Positions 16,826 through 25,311 of a stretch of 64,000 bases of DNA are shown here, in pieces; positions within the stretch are counted from its first letter, which is position 1; each line of letters opens with the position of its first letter. The DNA is from an uncultured delta proteobacterium. GTDB lineage: Bacteria; Desulfobacterota; Desulfobacteria; Desulfobacterales; QNYZ01. The notes below the pieces were generated by a model that was not told the DNA's origin, made no database searches, and saw only the letters and a program-made list of their open reading frames with translations. The position numbers and the translations under genes are program-made. The DNA lies in contig CAWJQU010000004.1 in assembly GCA_963845145.1 (NCBI GenBank), positions 480,001 to 544,000 of the forward strand, written 5' to 3'.

Positions 16826-17950
16826 ATGGATGTATATCAAAAGCTTGCAAAACATTTGGATGAGCTGCCCGGTGGCTTTCCGGAAACCGATATTGGCGTA
16901 GAACTCAGGATTTTAAAACGCCTTTTTACACCAGATGAGGCGGAATTGGCTCTACTGACCACCCTTATCCCGGAAGCGGCAAAGGTCATTGCCAGACGTG
17001 CTAAAATTGATGTTGAAGTCGCCAAAAAAAGACTGGCCCAAATGGCCCAAAAGGGACTCTTATTTAGTATTGAGTTACCAAATAAGCCGAAATTATATAT
17101 GGCTACCCAATATGTGGTCGGAATTTGGGAGTACCAGGTGAACAGTTTGGATAAAGAACTTATCCGTGACATGAATGAATATATCCCCTACTTTTTAGAC
17201 ACGGATGTCTGGAAAAAATCCCCCCAATTGAGAACCATTCCAGTGGGACGAAGTATTGATAGTGAACTGGAAGTGATGTCATATGAGACCGCGGAAACGC
17301 TCGTTAAAGAACAAAGTAAAATTTTGGTAGCACCCTGCATCTGTAGAAAAGAACATAAGATGATGGGAAAAGGTTGTGAAAAACCTGAGGAATCCTGTCT
17401 GGTATTTGGAATGGGCGCTTACTACTATGAGCGAAGGGGTTTGGGGAGAGAGATCGAGATTGAAGAGTGCCTGGAAATTCTTAAAAGGGCGGATAAATCC
17501 GGTTTGATCCTTCAGCCAAACAATGCCAGGCGCCTAACCAATATCTGTTGTTGTTGCGGTTGTTGTTGTCAGGTTCTTATTAGTATTAAAAAATTTGAAA
17601 AACCGGCTGAAATTGTATCTTCACCCTTTTATATCGAGTTGGATGAAGCCTCCTGCAAACAGTGCGGGGTGTGTGAAGAGAGATGTCAGATGGAAGCCAT
17701 TACCGGTAAGAAAGGCGAACCGGTCGCATTAAACCTGGATCGATGTATTGGCTGCGGTCTCTGCGTTTCCACTTGTCCTACAAAATCATTGAAGTTGGCT
17801 CGAAAAAGTCCGGAAGCCCAAACGCCCATACCACCCGACGCCATGCAAAGCCATATCCAACTAGCCAAAACAAGAGGTAAGCTTAGCCGTGGTAAGCTTG
17901 TCAAAATGACGTTAAAATCCAAGATGGATCGTCTGCTTGCCAAAGGATAG
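16826..17950 (+). CDS. 4Fe-4S binding protein (N-terminal HTH-like region, Cys-rich centre, 2x[4Fe-4S] ferredoxin domain)
   Basis: PCICR..C..C, NICCCCGCCC, CKQCGVCEERC and CIGCGLCVSTCP. Confidence 0.85.
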   Translation: MDVYQKLAKHLDELPGGFPETDIGVELRILKRLFTPDEAELALLTTLIPEAAKVIARRAKIDVEVAKKRLAQMAQKGLLFSIELPNKPKLYMATQYVVGIWEYQVNSLDKELIRDMNEYIPYFLDTDVWKKSPQLRTIPVGRSIDSELEVMSYETAETLVKEQSKILVAPCICRKEHKMMGKGCEKPEESCLVFGMGAYYYERRGLGREIEIEECLEILKRADKSGLILQPNNARRLTNICCCCGCCCQVLISIKKFEKPAEIVSSPFYIELDEASCKQCGVCEERCQMEAITGKKGEPVALNLDRCIGCGLCVSTCPTKSLKLARKSPEAQTPIPPDAMQSHIQLAKTRGKLSRGKLVKMTLKSKMDRLLAKG

Positions 17951-18023
17951 TGAAAGGATAGTCCTGCTGGACCGTCTTTGAAAAAACGAACGCCATCTGT
18001 GACCCAATTATCACTTTAGATTG

Positions 18024-18674
18024 CTATCCAATTTGGCCGACTGAAAAAGCGAATAGGAATTGGCCCACATAATAGAGCGGCAAGCCGACAGCGCGATTAA
18101 AAAAAGCCTGCTTAATGAATCGCTGACGGGCTACAAAAAGATCGGAAAGATAAAAAAGAATCGCACCACCGCCCACAAGCCACCGGCCAATACCTGCGAA
18201 CCGGCCATCACCGACTACGGAACCCGCGGCGACAACCATCGCAGTAATGACGGCTATATAGGCAATCACCGGTATGCGCATCGATTCCAGATAGGGTTTT
18301 AGCCAGGTATATACAATGATACTGAGTAGGCCTGAAATTGCAATCGCGACGATGGTCCAGACATTAAATGCGGCCATATAAATAAAGATCGAGAAATAGA
18401 CCAAATGGCCTATCAAAAATACAACCAGTCCGGCCAGAAAGGCTTTTCGGGAATCAAACACCAGGCAGATATCGCCTGCCAGGCAAAACGCTAAAGCGGT
18501 GATGATTGCCCAGGAGTAGGTCAGGTTCAAATGGGGTGTGGTTAAGGCCACCAGTACAAAAATGGTGGATAACAATGTCTTGGCCAGCAGGGAGATATCG
18601 AATAATTCCCGTTTGGTGGCAACGAGTAGTGTTGTCAGCAATAACACCGACATAAACATCAATCCAAAACGCAT
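18024..18674 (-). CDS. YhhN/TMEM86 (lysoplasmalogenase-like) membrane protein
   Basis: Polytopic protein with LAGDICL, FLAGLVVFLIGHLVY, GAILFYLSD and YYVGQF. Confidence 0.85.
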   Translation of the reverse strand: MRFGLMFMSVLLLTTLLVATKRELFDISLLAKTLLSTIFVLVALTTPHLNLTYSWAIITALAFCLAGDICLVFDSRKAFLAGLVVFLIGHLVYFSIFIYMAAFNVWTIVAIAISGLLSIIVYTWLKPYLESMRIPVIAYIAVITAMVVAAGSVVGDGRFAGIGRWLVGGGAILFYLSDLFVARQRFIKQAFFNRAVGLPLYYVGQFLFAFSVGQIG

Positions 18675-18722
18675 GATTTCTCCTGAAACGGTTTTTCGGT
18701 TTTATTTTTTTGGTATGCCGAC

Positions 18723-18886
18723 CTCAGGGCTCGCGCAAAAATAATTTCACATTTTAAGCGCCGATGCATCCCGGCTGGCGACGTTGCGAAAGCTCGGAAT
18801 ATCTCGATATTCCATCACTTTCACGCCTTGCCAGGCGGGCGCCTCAACACCTAAATCTGTTAACTTATTTTTACACGAACCCTAAG
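18723..18886. mobile_element. MITE/REPIN-like hairpin element, family B copy 1
   Basis: CTCAGGGCTCGCGCAAAAATAA ... TTATTTTTACACGAACCCTAAG with central GGAATATC-TC-GATATTCC. A near-identical inverted copy lies at 33908-34072. Confidence 0.85.
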
Positions 18887-20852
18887 ACCGGTTTTCCTTA
18901 TCGTTTATCGGCATTTCCCAAATCAGGCCCGATTGCCGAATGATCTTTCTTGAGGCAGCAGCTCTAAGAACCGCCTGCGATCCATAAATAATCACCTTTT
19001 TTCGGGCTCGGGTAATACCGGTATAGATTATTTCGCTGGAGAGCAAGCGCTGTTCGGGATCATCGGGGAGAACAAGCAGCACATCATCAAACTCGGAACC
19101 TTGACTTTTATGAACAGTGACGGCAAACGCCGGTTCCCATGGGGGTAGTTGACCCACAGCATAGTCCTGGAATTCATCGCCATGCTGGAAATAGGCTCGA
19201 AAACCGGCATCCCGATGCCCAATAACGATGCCCATGTCTCCATTTAACAGATCTTTTGCATAATCGTTGTGGGTCACCATAATAATATGGCCACTAAAAA
19301 GGCCTGTTGTCGGGTCAACGTCCTCACAAAGGTGGGTTGCAAAATAGTCTGCGATGACGTCATTGATTTGATTGCATCCAAATGGACCGCGTCTCAACAA
19401 GGTGAGGATTTTTGCCCGCCCGGCATCTTTAAACAGCTGTTTTAATAGCAAGCGCCCATCTCTATGTTCAATGAGATGGTGTCCTTGTAGTGATTCGGCC
19501 TGTCGGATTCGATGAATATAACCGTCTGGAGATGTGGCAAAGTAGTACTGTGCCCATAGCTGCAGGCAGGCCTGCCATTTTGGTGGAGAGACCGGCGTGA
19601 TCACACACCATCGATCCGTTTTATCATCCAAACCCGTTTTGAATGAAACGGCCTCATAGTCAGGTACCTCACCTTTATTAATGGTCAAAGCCAGTTGACG
19701 GATTTCACGGCCTGATCGATAAACCTGTTGCAAAACGACGAGGTGCTCTTCAAAAATGGCCGCACGCTCACCTCGTGGAATCATTTCGGCGAAGACAGCT
19801 CCGGCCTCAACCGAAGGAAGCTGATCCTTATCGCCCATGAGGACCAAACGGGTTTGCTTGGGGTTGATGGCATCCAGACACTTGGCCAACATCACCACAT
19901 CAACCATGGATACCTCGTCAATAATGACGGCATCCACTGGTAAAGGGTTTTTGGCGTGATAATAAAAGTCATGTTTCCGGCGGCTGTAACGAAGCCACTT
20001 GTGGATGGTGCTACCCCTTAGATTGGCCAGGGCCTGATCTTCCTCGGAAGGAGATCGTATGGTGGCGAGTAGTTTAACCACCGCTTCCGTCATCCGCTGG
20101 GCTGCACGACCTGTGGGTGCTGCCAGGGCGATTCGTTCCGGATTTATCCCAATGCGTATCAGGCCTCGCAGGATATTGACCATTACCGAGGTTTTCCCGG
20201 TACCTGGTCCCCCAGATACAATGGTAAAGGTTTTGGCGAGGGCCCGTTCAATAGCCGCTATTTGGTCGGTATCCGCTATTAGAGGATCTCCATCTTTGAC
20301 CACTCGTAAACAATGTTCTTGGGAATAGATCTCTCTTACTATTTGCTTGATGGTTTGAGGCGTGATCGATTGGGTGCAATCAATGGTTAAAAAGGCGTCT
20401 ATTTGCCGACGAAGGCGTTTTTCATTAAGGTAGTACTTTTGAAAGTAGAGTCGGTCGATTCTGGAAACGGTTTCAAGTATCAGTGGTAAGGATTTAGATC
20501 CTTGTTGGGCAATCAGGTGGGTATATTGGTTGTCATTTTTCTGCGCTTGCCATTGGTCGATTAACATTTTGATTTGAGGCAAATTGGAGCAACCCACCAG
20601 ACGGCCGATATGGGTGTCTGTTAGTTCAAGGCATAAACTTCCTTCACGGGTGGCCGCCAGCAGCAACGCCAAAATGGCCACCAGCGGTTCGTCATTTTTA
20701 ATATCTCCCAATTCCAAGAGATCGCGAATGGTCATCCAGTCAAGTGGCGCCAGGTCCAGTGATTCGATTACGGCTGGAATGGGGCGGTTCGGATAAAATA
20801 TCTCTTTGGGAGAAAAATTAACCGACGTGTTGCTGGCGTGTTTCCAGGTCAT
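18882..20852 (-). CDS. recD: Exodeoxyribonuclease V alpha subunit (helicase)
   Basis: SGGPGTGKT, LAAPTGRAAQR, IIDEVSMVD, GDKDQLPSVEAG, TVHKSQGSEF and YTGITRAR. Coupled to recB. Confidence 0.95.
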   Translation of the reverse strand: MTWKHASNTSVNFSPKEIFYPNRPIPAVIESLDLAPLDWMTIRDLLELGDIKNDEPLVAILALLLAATREGSLCLELTDTHIGRLVGCSNLPQIKMLIDQWQAQKNDNQYTHLIAQQGSKSLPLILETVSRIDRLYFQKYYLNEKRLRRQIDAFLTIDCTQSITPQTIKQIVREIYSQEHCLRVVKDGDPLIADTDQIAAIERALAKTFTIVSGGPGTGKTSVMVNILRGLIRIGINPERIALAAPTGRAAQRMTEAVVKLLATIRSPSEEDQALANLRGSTIHKWLRYSRRKHDFYYHAKNPLPVDAVIIDEVSMVDVVMLAKCLDAINPKQTRLVLMGDKDQLPSVEAGAVFAEMIPRGERAAIFEEHLVVLQQVYRSGREIRQLALTINKGEVPDYEAVSFKTGLDDKTDRWCVITPVSPPKWQACLQLWAQYYFATSPDGYIHRIRQAESLQGHHLIEHRDGRLLLKQLFKDAGRAKILTLLRRGPFGCNQINDVIADYFATHLCEDVDPTTGLFSGHIIMVTHNDYAKDLLNGDMGIVIGHRDAGFRAYFQHGDEFQDYAVGQLPPWEPAFAVTVHKSQGSEFDDVLLVLPDDPEQRLLSSEIIYTGITRARKKVIIYGSQAVLRAAASRKIIRQSGLIWEMPINDKENRS

Positions 20853-23800
20853 CGGGGCACCTTAATTATTGGCCCTACATCAAAATCGGATATGGACGCT
20901 TCAAGATCCTTGAGTGAGCCGACTTCGGCAGGTGGAATATAATAAATCCCTTCACCCGTTTTGGCACCCATGCCGCGTAAATAAAAGTAAAAAGCCCCTC
21001 CGAATTGATCATCGGCATTAAATCGTTTTCCCAGTGTTCGCTTTAGCCATCGCAACACAGCGACGGTGTAAAGACGATACTGAAGGTGGTAGTCGGCTGT
21101 ATCCATGCTGGCTGACATCGATGCTAAGTCATACCCGGTGTCTAACCGGTTAGATTTCCAATCGGCAATATAATATTTGTTTTCATGTCTGAATACCAGG
21201 TCGATAACCCCTCGGATGTACCGATTCGAGGAAGGTCCCGTCGAATAGTAGAAGTCGACTTCGTGGAGGCGGTCGGTGATGATCAGGCTTCCCAAACAAA
21301 ATTGTTTATTGATTTGGGGAATGGGGCTGGTCAAGGTATGAATAATAACCTGCGCTACTTCGTTTCGGTAGGCTAAATCAATGTTGTATGATGCCATCTG
21401 ACGGTCAACGAGAGCTGCGGTCGGGCTGTTTCCAAATAAAGCATCCGGCGTCTTGGTGATGGTTTCAAAGTCGATATTTTCCAGGATTGTGTGGAACATG
21501 GAGCCCACATCGGGGCCACCGGGAATATCGTTCGCTGGGCGCTTCGAAGAGATGGATCTAAGCACCGGCGCGCGTGTATCTTCATCATCCTCACGGAGCA
21601 CGGCCGGCCCTAAGTTGTATGCCGTATGGAACGTGGTATGAATGGATGCCGGGGTTGTTGCCGCCATCTGTTTGGCATGGATACTGGAGAAAGATTCAAC
21701 GGCAACGGTTCGGTGGAGGTAGGACTCTTCATTGGGTAGTACGTTTTCCGAGGGCACACTCGGTGAAACATCTCGTAAAATTTTCTCATTTGATGACGTT
21801 GAATCGGCTTCACGCACATCACTACTTTCATAAGCGTTTAGCCAGGTGGCATGTGTTTGATTTTGCGGGTCCGAGGCAAAGGTCGCTTGAATAGCTTGGG
21901 CCACAAATAGACAAAGCGGCCCGAAATAGGGCTTGTTCGTCACGGCCGGAAAGTAAGGAAGGTACAGTTTGCATTGGGCCCGGGTCAGGGCGACATAATA
22001 GAGCCGTTTATCTTCTTCGACGATTTCCTGCTGGTGTTTTTGCGGATGGACCCGGCAGGTGAGGTCAATAATCTTTGTTGTATGATGTGAGTGGTCATTG
22101 TCGATCTGGTGAAAATGGTGGTAGTTGTTCACTAAGCCCCGGGTCAACCCTCCTCCGATAAATACGATGGGAAATTGCAGCCCTTTGGCACGATGCATGG
22201 TCAGAATTTGAACTTTTCTCTTTTCGGTTTCGATCTCATGAATATCCCCCTTTTCACCCGCAATGAGTGTTTTCCTGCGGAGTCCCTCAAGATGAGCAGA
22301 TAACCTGGATAGATCAAGGTTATTGCGATAGGCGACGTCATTTATGTAGGCAATAATTTGATTGTAGTTGGCTTCCATGCGATCCCATCCGGCATTTTGT
22401 GAATGTCTAAAAATCAGACCGGAATCCGTCAGGATCGATTGAAATAACGCTCCCCACCGGCGTTCATTGGCCAGATCATGCCAATGAAGTATTAACCGTC
22501 GAATGGGGTGGGAGATCGGCAGATTGTCGAACACACCCAGATCTCCGGTTTGCCACTCAAAAAACGGGGTCAATAACGCTTTTTTGATATTGATGCCATT
22601 GGACGGGGTTTCGATTGCACGCAGCACAAGGCTTAAATACCAGGCTTCATCCGAGTCGAACAAACCGGGTTTGCGGTAGTATGAGTAGGGGATGCCTTTG
22701 GCTGCCAGGGCGTTTTCCAATATATGGACGTTGGTTCGGCTGCGGACAAGAATCGCAATATCGCCCGCATCCAGGGGTCGGGTGGTACCATCTTTGGACT
22801 GCAAGATTACCCGGCTTTTCCGGAGCAGATAAGCGATTTCTGAGGCGATAAACCGGGCAAGGGCGTCATTGGCCACAGCCGGTTTATCCGGTCCTCGAAG
22901 ATCCACGATATTTAGCGCGGTGCGGCCGGAATTATCTTGAGCCAACCCCGCCGGCAACCGCTGTGGGTCCGGGCTGGCCACGGGTGTGTAACTGATTTCG
23001 TGCCATTTCATCTCTCTTGACGGGCCAAACCAGGCCTCATTAGCAAAGAGCCGGTTGTACTGGGAGACAAGTGATGGGGCGGAACGATAATTCGTATCGA
23101 GGGTATAGCATCCGGCCAGATCATCTTCGGCAAGCTGGTGAAGCTTGGAACGGGCAGACAGGTAGGTAAAAACATCCGCACCACGAAATGAGTAGATCGC
23201 CTGTTTGGGGTCTCCGATGAGAAATAGGCGGCAAGCACCGTTTTCAAGAAAAATACGTTCAAAGATTCGCCATTGAATTGGATCCGTATCTTGGAATTCA
23301 TCCACAAAAGCGAAGCGGTAGCGCTCACGAAGCCTCTCAAGGAGGCGCTCCGCCTGGGGAGCCTTCAGCGCAGCGAGAACCCTGGTTAACATGTCATCAT
23401 ACGCAATGGTTCCCGAAACCCGTTTCCGTCGATCCACCTCCTTTTTTAAGCGAAGAATGGTTTCAGCCTGGAGAATATGCTTCAGATCATGGAATACGTG
23501 CAATATGTGTGACAATGAATCGATCAGGTCATCGAGAGACGGACATACCTTTTGAGCGTTGTCTTTGTCGCCATTGTATTTTAACGGCTTGAGTATCTGG
23601 GGGCCGTCGGTTTTAAATCTTTGATGGTCATTCATGGTCGTGCATAGATCGGCAAATCCTCCAAGATCGGGAGAAACGGCGGCACCGTCATTGAGCCAGC
23701 GCTCAAGGGGGGTGAGGATGCGGGTAATGATCGCTTTTTTGCTACCGGCATGAAAGTTTAACTGCCGGTAGCCATCGATAAATCGGGTTCCAGGCCCGAA

Positions 23801-24466
23801 GCCTAATTTCAAGGCTATTTTGGCATTTTCAAAGGCTTGTATAAGCGAATGGGTATCGATGTCGGCGGGATCCGGGTAGAGCCGATCTCCGCCTTCCGGG
23901 CGGTATCCCCCGGCGGCGATGCCGATGATCGTGTTTTCAAATGTTGTCGGGTTATCGGAGAACCCCGATATGGACAGTAGCGGCGGCAGCTGGTGCCCGT
24001 AAAGTTCCGGCCAGACCGAACGCATCTGCGCCTTGAGGGCCTTTTCATAAAGGGGGCGATCATCGATCAGCTCGGTTTGAAAAAGGGTATCGTTTTCAAA
24101 AGAGAAGTCTTTTAACAAAGTATGGCAAAAGCCGTGAATGGTTTGTATCGATGCGGTATCAAACCCATCTAACGCCCGTTCCAGGGCTTGGGTGGTGGGG
24201 TTTTCCGGTGGTGGACACGACTTGGTTTTTAGGGTGCTTTCGATTTTTTCGCGAAGACGAACTTTTAGTTCCGAAGCGGCTTTTTCGGTATAGGTCACCA
24301 GCAGGATATTTTCTAAAGATAGGTTGGGGACCTCCTTTAGCAGCCGAATAACGAGATTTTCGATGGTGTAGGTCTTACCGGTACCTGCCGACGCTTCGAT
24401 CAGGCCGTGGCGGTCCAGATCAATTTTATCAATATCGAGGGTCGCAGTGGGGGAAGGAATGGACAT
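20849..24466 (-). CDS. recB: Exodeoxyribonuclease V beta subunit (helicase/nuclease)
   Basis: IEASAGTGKT, VDEFQDTD, IGDPKQAIYSFRGAD, TMHRAKGL and YVALTRA, plus nuclease motifs GVIDL..IADWKSN..QYRLY. Confidence 0.95.
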   Translation of the reverse strand: MSIPSPTATLDIDKIDLDRHGLIEASAGTGKTYTIENLVIRLLKEVPNLSLENILLVTYTEKAASELKVRLREKIESTLKTKSCPPPENPTTQALERALDGFDTASIQTIHGFCHTLLKDFSFENDTLFQTELIDDRPLYEKALKAQMRSVWPELYGHQLPPLLSISGFSDNPTTFENTIIGIAAGGYRPEGGDRLYPDPADIDTHSLIQAFENAKIALKLGFGPGTRFIDGYRQLNFHAGSKKAIITRILTPLERWLNDGAAVSPDLGGFADLCTTMNDHQRFKTDGPQILKPLKYNGDKDNAQKVCPSLDDLIDSLSHILHVFHDLKHILQAETILRLKKEVDRRKRVSGTIAYDDMLTRVLAALKAPQAERLLERLRERYRFAFVDEFQDTDPIQWRIFERIFLENGACRLFLIGDPKQAIYSFRGADVFTYLSARSKLHQLAEDDLAGCYTLDTNYRSAPSLVSQYNRLFANEAWFGPSREMKWHEISYTPVASPDPQRLPAGLAQDNSGRTALNIVDLRGPDKPAVANDALARFIASEIAYLLRKSRVILQSKDGTTRPLDAGDIAILVRSRTNVHILENALAAKGIPYSYYRKPGLFDSDEAWYLSLVLRAIETPSNGINIKKALLTPFFEWQTGDLGVFDNLPISHPIRRLILHWHDLANERRWGALFQSILTDSGLIFRHSQNAGWDRMEANYNQIIAYINDVAYRNNLDLSRLSAHLEGLRRKTLIAGEKGDIHEIETEKRKVQILTMHRAKGLQFPIVFIGGGLTRGLVNNYHHFHQIDNDHSHHTTKIIDLTCRVHPQKHQQEIVEEDKRLYYVALTRAQCKLYLPYFPAVTNKPYFGPLCLFVAQAIQATFASDPQNQTHATWLNAYESSDVREADSTSSNEKILRDVSPSVPSENVLPNEESYLHRTVAVESFSSIHAKQMAATTPASIHTTFHTAYNLGPAVLREDDEDTRAPVLRSISSKRPANDIPGGPDVGSMFHTILENIDFETITKTPDALFGNSPTAALVDRQMASYNIDLAYRNEVAQVIIHTLTSPIPQINKQFCLGSLIITDRLHEVDFYYSTGPSSNRYIRGVIDLVFRHENKYYIADWKSNRLDTGYDLASMSASMDTADYHLQYRLYTVAVLRWLKRTLGKRFNADDQFGGAFYFYLRGMGAKTGEGIYYIPPAEVGSLKDLEASISDFDVGPIIKVPR

Positions 24467-24524
24467 TTTTTGTCCGGCGTTACAAGCTTAAGGTGACGCT
24501 CGTGTACTTGAATTCTATTAAATC

Positions 24525-24574
24525 GGGGCTGCTGAAATCCAGGTGCGAAGACATTTGGTTCGGCAGCCCCTTTT
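24525..24574. terminator. GC-rich hairpin, with a T-tract on the + strand
   Basis: GGGGCTGCTGAA..CCAGGTG-CGAAGA-CATTTGG..TTCGGCAGCCCC-TTTT, lying between the flavodoxin gene and recB. Confidence 0.4.
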
Positions 24575-24625
24575 GGATGTAAAGATGGTTTTCGGGTGGC
24601 GTGGGGTTAAAATGGTTCGGGATGG

Positions 24626-25075
24626 TTACCCTCCCAGTTTTTCACCCATACTTTTACCATATTGCTGGCAGGCACGGAGCCCGTCGTCGCTATTTACCAC
24701 CGCTTCTTTTAAAGAGAGCGCACCCAGGTCAAGCATGTCCATTTTAAAAACATGTTCCATGGTATCGGCGATCATGGGGCCGGATTCGCCACTGTGGGTA
24801 TGTGATGCAAAAGCGCCCGCCGGTTTACCGGCTAGTTCAGCCTTTTCAGCTAAAAAAAGGAATGTTTTCATCCCAGCGGTCATGTCTTTATGATAGGTGG
24901 GGCAACCAAAAATATAGCCGTCATATCCGGCAAGGTCTTTAGCGCTACTAATTTCTTTTGTTTTTTTAACTTCCGGAGTGGCGCCGGAAAAGCGGATTCC
25001 CTCGGCAATGTATTCGGCCATTTTGGCGGTGTTTCCGGAACGACTGACGTACGCAACCAGCACTTTTTTCATCAT
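24626..25075 (-). CDS. Flavodoxin (FprA-type flavodoxin domain)
   Basis: AAGGAG RBS. YVSRSGNTAKMAEYIA (FMN phosphate loop), GCPTY and AFASHTHSGE. Confidence 0.88.
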   Translation of the reverse strand: MMKKVLVAYVSRSGNTAKMAEYIAEGIRFSGATPEVKKTKEISSAKDLAGYDGYIFGCPTYHKDMTAGMKTFLFLAEKAELAGKPAGAFASHTHSGESGPMIADTMEHVFKMDMLDLGALSLKEAVVNSDDGLRACQQYGKSMGEKLGG

Positions 25076-25311
25076 CCTGCTCCTTTTTGAATGTTTAAGT
25101 GGTTTATATGATTGAATCTTTTTCGATCAATCTGGTTGAACCATTCTGGGCGGTTTTGTCGGCCAGCTTATAAACCAATAGTTTGGTTACACGTTGGTTA
25201 CCGTGCGGTTGTTTATATTAATTTTGATACGATGTCAAATTCAGGCACATCACATTTGAGGTGCGGCATTGATTTATTGTGACAACTTGTCGGTGTGTAT
25301 CAAGGGGGGCA

